DNA of 64,000 nucleotides from Botryllus schlosseri (Eukaryota): NCBI GenBank assembly GCA_051294905.1, contig CM119374.1, positions 25,172,001 to 25,236,000 of the forward strand, read 5' to 3'. Shown piece by piece: positions 36,332 to 48,300 of this stretch (position 1 is its first letter; each line of letters starts with the position of its first letter). The notes under the pieces were generated by a model. It saw only the letters and a program-made list of their open reading frames with translations, ran no database searches and was not told where the DNA came from. The position numbers and the translations under genes were made by a program.

Positions 36332-37867
36332 TCATGACGCATTCAAAAGGAGGAACATGAAAATTGGAAGGATAAGATTGTCGATTTGTGACGTGTAAGC
36401 TTCTACCAGTGATACAGTAATAATTGCTGAGATGTGACGAAGAGATATACCATTGCATAGAAATAATGCGGCGATTACTTGTGATGCAATAGCCGCTACT
36501 GTTCCTTCAACCGATTTCTTTGAGCCAGACCACTTTGTTTTACCATATTTAAAGCCGATTACAGAAGCAGCTGTGTCGCCTACTGCAACTGACAGAATCC
36601 CGCTGAATATAGCTAGCGGTAAAGCCGGTGGTATATTTTGACGCAAAAGGGCCGGTTGCTGCAAGCATGCTAACCAGATTGGCAGAGACTGTCCTAGCAG
36701 CAGATAGATTGGGGTTAAAATGAGCAAGCCGCTGTCTTGGGTATCAGTAAACACACGGAACCTATCATTTATCAGTTTTGCAAATGGTGGCATCTCTAAC
36801 ACTCTCATTACTTCGAACAGTAATAGCAGACACATGGCACCAATCGAGCATATGAACATCAAGGACATATCAAAGTAAATGCCTGGAATGAATGTAAGCA
36901 ACACTACAAGATGGAATATTTTTCGCTCTGTAGTGTTAGATTTTTTTGATAACGGTCTGCATACTACAACATAAAGAGTACAAGACAATATCTCAGTCAA
37001 CCACAGCACAAGCAAACCCCCACGCATTGGCCAGTTCGAGTGGAAGAAGTCTATGGTCCAAATCAGGAAGTTTTGATGCAAGGACTCTGAAAGCTTGCAC
37101 AGCAAGCCGAGCAGGAGAATCATGCCGGTCGAATAAAACAACCACGGGGACAAAATTCCAATTAGCAAAAGTGGGATTAGACTCAGCACAAAAAAGGATA
37201 CAGAAGCTAGCACATAGTTTCCAACCAAACAAACTTGGATTGTTGAAGTAAATGATGGATAATTTAGAAGTAGACACAAAAATAGCTTCAGCACTATAAA
37301 TAATTCGCCACAGGTAAAACAATAGGGTAAATATGAATGAACAATTTTTGCTATAAATATGGACGAGAATACATGTATCACCACTGGTATTGATATCCAA
37401 AAGTGAAAAACATATTGCATAATTAAAAAGCTGATCACAAAAACGGCCAACGATTGCATAGATTGACCTAGAACTGATTTGAACTTCATGCGTGGTAAGT
37501 AGAGCAGTAAGGCAAGCCAAGCAGACACTTTCACTTGTTCATCAGCCAACGCTTGGGTGATCTCCGAAGAGTTACTAGTTTCGGCATGCCGCTGTGAAAT
37601 TCCAAGACAGACGGCCGGACCTAGTACCAGCCCGTAAAATAATCCCGGCGACCCACGGCGAGTCAGAGTCTGGGGAATTTCCGGTTCTCCCACCACGGTC
37701 GTTAGCAGGGTCAATACGCCGAGAGCCAGAGCATTTCTTGCGTTCTCTTCGTTACTTGGTGAATTATATATGCGATACAAAACGCACAAAGTAGATATAA
37801 TAAGGACGGCCTTTTCCCGAAAGTCGAGAGATCTAGAAGACTGCAGCTGTTCTTGATTCTCGACCAT
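36332..37867 (-). CDS. DOLK: Dolichol kinase, 511 aa, single exon
   Basis: Multi-pass hydrophobic protein with RKIFH, FTDTQDSGLLILTPIYLLLG and GILSVAVGDTAASVIGFKYGKTKW.GSKKSVEGT, typical of DOLK/Sec59. Confidence 0.95.
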   Translation of the reverse strand: MVENQEQLQSSRSLDFREKAVLIISTLCVLYRIYNSPSNEENARNALALGVLTLLTTVVGEPEIPQTLTRRGSPGLFYGLVLGPAVCLGISQRHAETSNSSEITQALADEQVKVSAWLALLLYLPRMKFKSVLGQSMQSLAVFVISFLIMQYVFHFWISIPVVIHVFSSIFIAKIVHSYLPYCFTCGELFIVLKLFLCLLLNYPSFTSTIQVCLVGNYVLASVSFFVLSLIPLLLIGILSPWLFYSTGMILLLGLLCKLSESLHQNFLIWTIDFFHSNWPMRGGLLVLWLTEILSCTLYVVVCRPLSKKSNTTERKIFHLVVLLTFIPGIYFDMSLMFICSIGAMCLLLLFEVMRVLEMPPFAKLINDRFRVFTDTQDSGLLILTPIYLLLGQSLPIWLACLQQPALLRQNIPPALPLAIFSGILSVAVGDTAASVIGFKYGKTKWSGSKKSVEGTVAAIASQVIAALFLCNGISLRHISAIITVSLVEAYTSQIDNLILPIFMFLLLNAS

Positions 37868-38180
37868 AACTAATCCCGAAGCAATTACAGATAGAGAAGT
37901 CGAGCGGAAATCCGGCGAGATTAATTACAGGGAGGCGTCACTGCATGTAACAATAGAACAAGCAGGAAAGTCCAATTTCCAACCTAATCTTGTCAGCTAC
38001 GAGACAGCTTTCATGCAAACAGCCATGACGAGACGCCGCATAGCAACATTTTGATATCCACGAGTAACCGCTGCGGCATGACGTCACTTGAATTTTTTTG
38101 TTAAATTTCGACTCTTCACACGGCAAAGCAAAGCGGTCTGTGGGCGTTTTCGTTAGGATGGTCAACGCGTGTATGGTTAG

Positions 38181-38463
38181 TGTCGTCTCCAAAAATGTCG
38201 ACGATTGTATTAAGCTGGCTTTCTTCTGTTTCCCAACTGACACCAAACAAGAACACCAAATGGATGAATCTATTATTTGATGACGTTAAAAAATCTCTCG
38301 AAACCCTGACAACATAATAGAACAACAAATATCAGCAAACCAGTATTACAACAACATCAAAACAGACGACCTCCATCGCGTCACTCCACATATAAATGCA
38401 CGTGCACCGCAAAGTGCTCGAGGTGGCGAAGGGTGAGCCATAACGAAATAAACCACCGTGACA
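38181..38463 (-). repeat. 3' LTR
   Basis: Direct repeat of 41190-41472; preceded on the minus strand by GGGCCGGCAA, a weak polypurine tract. Confidence 0.92.
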
Positions 38464-39258
38464 TTGCCGGCCCTGTGACCAACTGGAAACCGTCATGGTC
38501 AACCACAGAAGGTCACAACAAATTGATGAGAGGTGGTTGTGTAAAGAAATAAATCATATTGCGAATAATACATCAGGACAGTTCTAAGCAACACAACTTA
38601 CAAATGTTACGTTCGTAGGTTCCACATGCAGAACGAGCCCTAACCCTCCTGACTAAGCCATTGCAGTCAGGTGACATGATTAGGATACAATCAAGAGATT
38701 GCCTTATTGACATGAGTACCGTAGCAGCCAATTATTTTACGAACACAAAATTGTGCAATATCAGGAGCACAGGCGTCTCCAAAGATGCGAGAAGTCATCT
38801 GAAGTCAAAGCTGCTGCCCGTTGACATTTAAAACATTCAAAATCGACATAATGCCTCAGTGAGCGACGAATTGGGTATGAATTTGAATTAACAATAAAGA
38901 TTAGCAAAATTGGCATTAAATGCAGAAAAATATCGGCTCATGAAATTTTCCGCAATAACATAAGTCTTGTTATTGCAGCCAAGGAAAATTAACGTCAGTA
39001 GAATACACACAATTTGTTCGAAGGGTTTTGTCGCAACCCATAAAACAGCCAAGTTATCATAAATTAACTGTTGGCTTTTTAATCCAGGAAACGCATAAGA
39101 ACTTGTTACTAATAATAAGGTGAAAATCATTTACATCAATAAATGGGTGGAAATTAGACACGGCCTCAGGTGTCATTGTGCAACAATATCTGCACTTGGG
39201 GTAAGAGTTACAATATCATGAAAGTGACAAGTACATCATTCAAGTTGCTGCCAGTGCT

Positions 39259-41127
39259 TTACCCGATTCCTTCAACGGATATGGGCACAAATTTAGGCTG
39301 ACCGGGAAGAATGGCAGCGGTATTTATCAAACAAGTCAGAGGTTCACCACTGATAACCAATTGGTTTAGGAAAAACAAAGTACACATGCAGTTGGTAGCC
39401 CCAGAAATAAGGAATGCATGCGTGATAAAACTGGTAGAAACTACCAGACAGGTGATTATCGCCAAGGGTGTGGACAGATGTACCGGACAATTTATCTCGG
39501 CAATTGCAGGAGATAGAGCCGTAATTGTGTTGTTACTGGCCACAACAATCGATTTAGAATATACCGAACATTTGTATGCGTCACGTAATAAAGTGCCTTG
39601 AGCACAGTCACATTCATGAATTTTGCAATGACATGTAGATGGGTAATAATTGTGATCATGATCACAGAATAAACAATTACGGCGTAACAGACTCTCTTTT
39701 ACGAGCCCATGAGGTTGCTGAACTTGCATCTTTTTGAAGTCTTCAAATTTGAAGAGAGGATGAAGGTCTTGAAACAGGATACATGATGAACGTAGCTTTT
39801 CAGCAACATATCGATGCACCGAGCTTGAATCCATAGATGTAGAATTCACCTCTATTGCAGTTTTGCGCGGATTCTTCGAGTACATCTTGTGCAGTACGTT
39901 TAGATCAACATCTTCGGGTTCAAGTGAACAATCAGATTCATTGTTGACCGGACCAAATGGTGACCGAGTCAATGTTGTCTTCTTCTTGACAAATTCAACG
40001 AAATCGTTGCGATTTGGATTAACACTGGCTTCTTCCTGGTGAATTACAGGAGATGAAGGTGGAATAACAGGACATTGAGCAGGCTGCAGCAGCTCACAAT
40101 TGTGAGTGTTAACTGTTGCAGGGTGCGGAGTACTATCAATGGACATTTCACAAGTGCGAAAGCCTCGATTAAAGCTGGTCGCATCAGCCGCCCCATTACG
40201 AGGGATCCTTGGAGGCTGACCGAACCAAGTATGTGATATAAGTGGCTGCGAAGCCAGCCCATTACTGGTGGTCGAGTATTGAGAAGTAGAACACCATTTT
40301 GGTTGCACAGCCGGCCCATTATAGGCTTCTGAGTACTGGCAACTGAATGGCAAATCTGGTTGCACAGCCGGCCCATTACAGGGGGCTGAGTACCGGTAAT
40401 AGGATGTCTTTTCTTCTGATAACGAACATTCTTCAACACACGTAGTAGGGCAAGTTGCAAAGGTTTGACATTGCGTTGGAATAGCCAGAGTATTGAGAAA
40501 GTCTTCTGTGAGTGGATCATCAATAGTATTGCCAACTGGCAGTTTTTTGTTATGGGCGTCATTACTATCCAAGCCGCAGAAACCTTTATGACTGGTCACA
40601 GAAGCTAATGATCCAAATTGTGACGAAACTGTTGCTTTATACCGTTCAAGTTTTGACTGAGCACTGAAAAGTTCCCATTCCAACCTTTTCAAATTGTCTT
40701 CTTCTTGCGTCCACAATATCTGTAAGTTGTCAAGTGACATACTTACACTTTCAGCAGTAATAAGTTTACGGAATGTGTCATCAGCAATATTCTTGGTATA
40801 TAGACATAGGTCATGAAATGACAAAATTCTTTCTAATATTAATTCGGCATGGACACTGCCCTCGGTTATCTTTTCTTTGATACCGGTAGTAAGTTTGTTC
40901 AACTGGGTATTTACTCGATAGAATGTCTCGTCGAGACTATCTTTTGCAGATAGAACAGTTCGGGGAGTAGCTCCGCTCAAACATTCAGTAAAATAGGCAT
41001 CGGCAGCGTGGAAGTCTCTTGCTAGACCGGCCAAAATATTGTCAGTGGCTGGCATATCGAAGCCACTGAGTGAAATCGGCATCAAGGTCTTTTCTTGGAC
41101 CAATAGTAATGTTATTGACTTGCGCAT
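39259..41127 (-). CDS. Gag/protease-derived ORF of the BEL/Pao element, 622 aa, with degenerate zinc knuckles and protease
   Basis: CILFQDLHPLFKFEDFKKM.V...HGLVKESLLRRNCL..DH....YPS..CKIHEC..AQGTLLR follows the BEL three-knuckle pattern; STSFIT...VEGIG resembles BEL protease but has no D-[ST]-G motif. Confidence 0.75.
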   Translation of the reverse strand: MRKSITLLLVQEKTLMPISLSGFDMPATDNILAGLARDFHAADAYFTECLSGATPRTVLSAKDSLDETFYRVNTQLNKLTTGIKEKITEGSVHAELILERILSFHDLCLYTKNIADDTFRKLITAESVSMSLDNLQILWTQEEDNLKRLEWELFSAQSKLERYKATVSSQFGSLASVTSHKGFCGLDSNDAHNKKLPVGNTIDDPLTEDFLNTLAIPTQCQTFATCPTTCVEECSLSEEKTSYYRYSAPCNGPAVQPDLPFSCQYSEAYNGPAVQPKWCSTSQYSTTSNGLASQPLISHTWFGQPPRIPRNGAADATSFNRGFRTCEMSIDSTPHPATVNTHNCELLQPAQCPVIPPSSPVIHQEEASVNPNRNDFVEFVKKKTTLTRSPFGPVNNESDCSLEPEDVDLNVLHKMYSKNPRKTAIEVNSTSMDSSSVHRYVAEKLRSSCILFQDLHPLFKFEDFKKMQVQQPHGLVKESLLRRNCLFCDHDHNYYPSTCHCKIHECDCAQGTLLRDAYKCSVYSKSIVVASNNTITALSPAIAEINCPVHLSTPLAIITCLVVSTSFITHAFLISGATNCMCTLFFLNQLVISGEPLTCLINTAAILPGQPKFVPISVEGIG

Positions 41128-41189
41128 CGAAGTCTTTGACTCTCGATTGGAGCATTTGTAATGTAGGCAACACTAGATTTTTTAACCTT

Positions 41190-41472
41190 TGTCTTCTCCA
41201 AAAATGTCGACGATTGTATTAAGCTGGCTTTCTTCTGTTTCCCAACTGACACCAAACAAGAACTCCAAATGGATGAATCTATTATTTGATGACGTTAAAA
41301 AATCTCTCGAAACCCTGACAACATAATAGAACAACAAATATCAGCAAACCAGTATTACAACAACATCAAAACAGACGACCTCCATCGCGTCACTCCACAT
41401 ATAAATGCACGTGCACCGCAAAGTGCTCGAGGTGGCGAAGGGTGAGCCATAACGAAATAAACCACCGTGACA
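41190..41472 (-). repeat. 5' LTR
   Basis: Direct repeat of 38181-38463; the ORF ATG lies 62 nt downstream on the minus strand. Confidence 0.92.
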
Positions 41473-41559
41473 GTTAGTTAATGTCTGCACCGTGCGTTGG
41501 GAGGTTTCTGTAATACAGATTTTGATTTATGGTCGAAGATTCCCATTTGTCATCTTACT

Positions 41560-41940
41560 TATCTCTGTTGTTGCGCATTTATGGCGAGTCAGCACGTTAT
41601 CGGACTTCAACAGTTTCATGCTGTGCCGGACTTGTGTTCCACATTTCTTTGCTTGCGTAGTTAGAAAGCAGAATATTAGGAGAGCTCGGAATTTGTTTAA
41701 ATAAAATGGCTTATGATCCATCGGGAGTTAACCCGTTGAATTCATTTCCTACCTCATTTGCTATCTGTGTTGCATATTTATGGCGAGTCAGCACGTTATC
41801 GGCCGTCAACAGCTCCATGCTGTGCCGGACTTGTGCACATTTCTTAGCTTGTGTAGGTAGGAAGCAGAATATTGTGAGAGCTCGTTATGATCCATCAGGA
41901 ATTAACCCGCTGAATTCCTTTCCTACCTCATTTTGTCAGT
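41560..41940. repeat. Degenerate tandem duplication, period about 175-200 bp
   Basis: ATGGCGAGTCAGCACGTTATCGG at 41581 and 41780; TTATGATCCATC at 41711 and 41885. Confidence 0.75.
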
Positions 41941-42949
41941 GCCAACAACAGCTAGATTGGCGTGCCTTGCATTACCGTGTTGAAAGTTATCAGTTTTGTA
42001 TATGCATATTGCTGATACAACTGTGTATCTAACTATTCCCTGTAGTATTAGTTGTTTCTACTTGAAAGCTGATGTTTGTATCATAATGACAATACTTATA
42101 TTTTATTGCTGTCTGTAGGTATGGACTATGATCAGTCCATCATTTATGGAAAATTTTATTCATTCAGAAACACCACAACACTGCAATATAATGAAAATAA
42201 AGGAGGGTTTCGAAATGACATAGATGGAGTATATAGTCCTTTAATCACCAAATAATTGGTGGATGGCTACTGACTAGGGATTACCCTCACTATGGGAAAT
42301 CAGGAAATAGCATGGAAAACATTAGGCAGATGTCTAAATTTGGTAGCCTATGGTACAAAACTGTTTCAACTTTACAGAGATGGGCACTCAATTACAAGGG
42401 TAGTACCGCAATTCGTTATGAAAGTCTATTATGGAATAGGCACGCACTGAACTGGCATCTGAGATGAAGCGCGCGAGCGTACACGCGTGCATTAACCGAT
42501 TCGAGGTTGTAATCTCTTGTCATTTTCCGAGGCTGCGACCCCCTTTGGTGGGGATGCAGAGCAAGGGCTAGGAAATTTACCTTTTGTCTGATGAATAAAC
42601 ACTGAAACTGCGTAGTCTTGTCATATGCTGCCCCTAAAAATATTACAACTAGCAATATTTGTCAGAAAATTTTCACACATTATAGATCATGCCAGGTCCA
42701 ACAGGGGCGTTGAGGTCAGAATATTGCTAACCTCTCTTGGGATCTCAATGCTCTCCATAAGCCTGCAAGGTACATGTCAAATGTGTAATGTATCTAAGTT
42801 CACGTTTACTTAGATACATTACACATTTAGACAAGTTCACGTTTACTTACACATTAAGCATCCAACATTAACGGTAAATATCTTGGAAAGTTTGTAAGAT
42901 ATGTAACGTATGAGTACGATAGCTTAGTGCTTGTAAATTGCCTGTACCA

Positions 42950-44420
42950 CAATTCGAAGTGTTCAATGGAATTAGAGCAATGTCCGCTTTTTATAGTAGT
43001 CTAAAGCTATCGTGGATCAACAATGATTGTATGGATAAAATTATCACAAATATCCGGTCCAACTACTTGACAATGACTGAAACATTGATTGCAATGGCAG
43101 GTCACAGGCTAGGCTACTCTTCTTAGCAGCATGGTAATGCTACAGTATTAGCCACTACTTTTTGTAAAATGTGATTTCTTCGCTAGTCTTTGGTTTATTT
43201 TAATGTGAAGCATAATGAATCCATTTCTGAAATAAAGAAATGCTCTATATAAAGATAAATTGTACATTGATGCATATTATACTTGATGACCAATAAGATG
43301 AATCTAAACCTATCCCAAAAGCTAAAGGTTTCAGACACATCAATTTTTGTGAATAAGTCACCATTCGTGCCCATCAATTTCATGCTTACTTCTGCAGTCT
43401 GTATTGTTATTGTTACCACCCATTTCTTATCTGCGTTTATCAGTATTATCTATTTACTGTAAGTATGCCTCTGGCAATAGATTTTAGTCACCAGTATCCT
43501 AAGTGTTTGATCCAAGTCATAAATATTTTATTAGCGTCGTCATCGTTGGAGCATGCTTTTTCCGTTATACTGTTTTTTGTATTGACAGAGGAATCAATTT
43601 TTGTATATTAATGAATTCAAAATTTCGTTGCGGAGCTACTCATTTTTATTATATTTCACACTGTTCGATGTGAATAGTGAATAATGCTTATGACTTTATG
43701 TGTGCTAACAAGATTAGTCGAATGTCTTGTGCCAAAATCATTACCAGAAAACATTTTGATTTAGTTTTTATGTGCAGCGACCATACCCCAAGCTAGTAGT
43801 AGTTTCTGTGTTGGCAGACTAGATGCAGGGGTTCGACAGTGTCAATTCTGATATTTACCCGAATGGAATAATGTTACGCACAATACAGCGGCATGTTTCT
43901 CTTTTCTGCACACAATGATGGGTATATCGCTTGTATGGACTCCATTGAGAAATTTTAGTGGTGGCCCTATTATTATGTGCATCTCAAGTTCCGTGGTGTG
44001 CTCCATCGCTTATTATCACAGGAGAATCCATGTATAGAAGGACTCTCTCTCTTTCATTTGACCATTTTGCTCTCGCTATCAAATTTCTTCTGTGATGTGC
44101 TGGGTATTGAAGATTATACAATATACAGCTAATCCACTAAACAGCTTTTGCAGTCTTGGAATTGTGATGCTCAGTACTAATTCAGAATATTATCTATCTT
44201 TACGTTGGTGCACTACAATTAATGACGTCCCTCGTTGATAAAACTAAGATATAGATACTGGATATTGTAATTGGTAGTTCTATTTCGTACCTGTATGTTC
44301 ATTGAAACAGACATCTAGTTAGTTGTAATTGAAGGTAGGCAGGTTTCACAGCAATCTGAACCTTGAACTTCTAATTAGCAGTCTGCCATGCCCACCTGCA
44401 GGGAATTAAATGCTGCCTCT
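42950..44420 (-). mobile_element. Possible decayed Gypsy-like gag-pro-RT remnant
   Basis: Motif-like peptides in gag-pro-RT order (AN*KFK, ERESFYTWI, KLMGTNG, VK*LDRI) with many stops; weak. Confidence 0.25.
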
Positions 44421-45309
44421 GAGATATTTTGTGGTAGATAGCAAGCAGATAAGTTGACATTGCATAACTTGACAAAGTACATGTTATAACTGTTTAGTGG
44501 TTGCATACCCCATACAGTCATGTAGGCTGGATCATCAAGGAGAGACAGGATATATCATCGTGAATAATTCGAATATGGAATACTAAATTTATAAGACATA
44601 ACTAGGTTGGTTTCATGCAGTACGCAAAAGGCAGTGTTATGTACCCTTTGTTATTCCCTTGCTATATCATTCTGTATGAACCATTGAAAATATTCTTTGT
44701 CATATGTAGTTATCTGTGAAGCTGCTATTAAAGTCTTTGTCTCATGCCACGAAAACAAGTTTTGATGAAATTCTCAAGAGTCCATATATTGGCTGGCTCT
44801 GTCTATCGATGATCGTAATAGTGTCTGTACCAGAGTTTGTAAAATTTAGACTGTGATGGTATTACAAAATGATGATATATAACTAGGCAGATAGTAATGT
44901 GTGGATTTAGTGATTGAGCTGATCGCTGCCAGGCATATAAGTAACAATAGAATTACAAGCGAATGTAACTTTACGACTTTTAATTATGCTTCTATCATTG
45001 TGCAAATGTGGTGTCCTATTTTTTATTGCATAGTATGGTGGTGTTATGGTGTAGTACATTGTTAAAGCACAGGCTTTGACTACTATTTTCAATGTTAATG
45101 GCAACAGTTTCCCCCTTTTAAGGGTATTCGGAACGTTGCTTCCCATCATGGCGAATATATTTTCCTACTACATCTGTCCATTTAATAGAAACTGTCTTTT
45201 CTTTACCAGAAACCTTCGTTACTGTTTTATGTAGATACTGACCAGTTGATAACTGTCGTCTTCTACCTGAGAACGTTCAATCCAGCATTAGCAGAATAGA
45301 TCTGCCATC

Positions 45310-48300
45310 ATGAGGGAATTTAAGGTAGTGGTACTCGGCTCGGGCGGGGTCGGGAAAAGTGCTCTCACTGTGCAATTTGTCACTGGCACGTTTGCCGAAA
45401 AATATGATCCAACCATTGAAGACTTTTACAGGTATGTTTTTAGGCCCCATATTTATGTTTGTCGTCGTTGAATGTACGTGGAATTGAGTTGTTTTTCAAA
45501 GTTGAAGTAATTTCAGAAAATACGCTCGTGATGTAGTATGCCTTGAGATCCAATTGATCATTAAACATTCCTGGACTGAGTATTTTCCCGATTACAATTA
45601 AGTGTCCTATATTCAATTTCATTCAATGGATGCTTTGGGTATTGTCGAAAAGATTTTGATGCGAAGAGAAAATTTTTTGTTGCAAGTTTTCTAGATGGTT
45701 GCTTGAGATTGAACAAATATAAGTATATTGAAATAAAACTGAATGTTTTCGGACAATCGTTAGGGGTAATCGTCAGCAACTAGCAGAGATTTCAACTAAC
45801 TGTATATCAACAAATGATATCACCAATTGTTTAATGTATATTGAACTTTTGTACCTCAAATGGATTTGTACAAATTACCGGATTCTCGAACTGTACAACT
45901 AGAAGTAGAACTAGAACTGCTGACTTTTCATATCTCGCAACTGGACTAGAACCACTCGGTTTTGAAATCTAAAAATTAAAATTAGAACTAGTGACAAAGT
46001 ACGGTATTTAGTTGACTGACAACTAACCTGATTGGTAGCTTGTACAATATACACGTATGTTCTGAGAGACTCTACTTCAAATGGTTGATTGTGCAGAGGA
46101 GCTAGTTGTTTGAATACAGAAAAATCTTCATTGTGCGATTCTCCCAGCGACGATGAGATTGTTTCAAATACCGTTTCAGGAAAGAAATCGAAGTCGACGG
46201 TGCCCCTTCAATCCTGGAAATCCTGGACACGGCGGGCACGGAACAGTTTGCGTCGATGCGCGATCTCTACATCAAAAACGGCCAAGGTTTCATATTAGTG
46301 TATTCGCTTGTCAACGCGCAATCATTCCACGACATCAAGCCAATGCGCGAGCAGATCTGCAGGGTGAAGGGGACGGATCGGGTACCAATTATTTTAGTAG
46401 GCAATAAGGTGAGACATGTTGTTCGTATGCTGCACTAGGCCCTCTACTGATGTTTCGTTTGGCTCGGTCTGATCAGTGTTGAATGACTGGAAAATTTTCA
46501 GCATTTCCAAATGAGATTAGAATTGAAATTGCTGAGTTTGCAGAAACTCTGAAGGTGGATGTTGTTCTGAATTGGAAAGAAATACAACAAAAATGAAGTT
46601 CAGTTCCTATCAAATCTGGGCTCATCCTCATATATAAGTATAAAAATGCCAAGTCTGTACGCCAAACTTGGCCCGTTTCGTAGTATACAGAGTTCTCCTG
46701 TAGCATTTTTGGAAAACCATACATTAGAGTTAGATTTCTGGCATTTCGCTATAATTAATCTAATTTAACAAGAATTTTGTAGTTAAGTTGTCAAAGTGTG
46801 GGTCGATAAATTAGGAGTTTTTACCACAAAACCCATTTTGTGGTTCGTGTATAGTTGCTGAAACACATTGGATGCACTTCCCGGGGCAGAGGTTCTTTGG
46901 CTTTTTTGATTGCTGACCCTGTTTCGTGTCGCTCCGAAATTTCAGAAGTTGATGACTAAAAAATAGGTCGTCACTTTGTGTCTCAACCTCAATTTAGGCT
47001 GTTGGATTGATGACTGTAAAAAGGTCGGCACATCAAGTCTAACCGTTATTCCATGCCTAAAATAAGCTGAATGATGACTAACAAGGCGGTCACAGTCACG
47101 AAGTCATTCCCAAAGGATAATTTGGTTGTGTAGTTTCCTGATGATGTGTGTATTTCATCATTGCTCGTTCTCAAACCCCCTGGAACTATTTCGCGGGTCA
47201 CTTCAGTTTAAGAACCCCTGGTCTAAGGCTATCATGTAAAAATGAGATTTGATACATCTGTGACTGGTCAATATTATCACATTTAAAAGTATAACTTTAC
47301 ACATGAAGGTATGTTCAATGTGCTCTTGCAACCTTTACAATGGGGTGATTGTTACTCACTGGGATTGTATTTATAAGTTGCATTCAGTAGTCTAAGATCC
47401 AAATGAAGAGAAGTGTTTGCCTACTTATAACGTCTATTATTATTATTATTATTATTATAAGGCTTATGATTAGCATAGTAGCAAGTCATTTTTGTTAGTT
47501 CAATGCCGTAAGCCGAAATTCAAAGGACAGATGCGATCTCTGATGATTAATAATCCAATTTTTCTTGAGAATTATGCCTTCATTTATTCTGGGCACATGA
47601 TATTGGCATAGTAAACAGCGCAGTGTAGCCTAGCTCTTTATAATTTGATTGCTATCATATCTTTGAATGGATGATATTGGGACTCGTGTATGAAAGGGGC
47701 ATGTGTTTGGTGGTCGCTTTGTTTCAATCTTAGTCTTCTAATGATGAGAAATGAAAGATTACTTCCCTCTGAATCAGGAACTGCTTTGTTAAGAATGCCT
47801 ATCCCCCATGAGTTTAGCTGCTTTGTGTTTGCATTATGTTTGTGGCTTGAAACCAAACAGACGTAGGCGGAGCAGAACTTTTTTGGTTAACTCCCAGGTA
47901 GTGCGTGGTCTCTGGTTGGCATTTTCTCTCAATTACATGTGTACACAGGCCGAGTCATCTGGCTCTTGATTAAGTTCCATTATTTGAATTTTACTTCAAC
48001 AACAACATTCTACCTTCTGTAGTTATCATTGATGATTATAGTAGTCACGCTAACCTGTAGCAATAAATTCCACTTTTATTGAGAGTATCAAAATGATTTA
48101 ATAACTTCCTTACTGTGGCAAAATTCCAGGTTTCGTCTCATTTATGGCAAAACTTATGACGCAATTCAAGTCCTTGCGATTTGATAAGTCCATTCTTGAT
48201 GTTCTGAATACCGGCTATTGGTTGCAATGTTAACGTATGAGCAAGGCACTGTCTTTTACGAGCAGCATTTTGAAACCACAGCTGATGTAAATTCGTAGAT

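Larger units (their letters stand above)
38181..41472 (-). mobile_element. Internally deleted (non-autonomous) BEL/Pao LTR retrotransposon, 3292 bp
   Basis: 283-bp LTRs at 38181-38463 and 41190-41472 (TGTC...GACA, 2 mismatches seen), 5-bp TSD GTTAG (38176-38180, 41473-41477), RT remnant QMTSRIFGDACAPDIAQFCVRK (38736-38801), integrase C-terminal remnant PDCNGLVRRVRARSACGTYERNICKLCCLE (38582-38674). Confidence 0.92.

Noticed and set aside
36453-37794. Overlapping ORFs (36453-36641, 36946-37251, 36993-37520, 37594-37794)
   Set aside because: They are shadow frames of DOLK.
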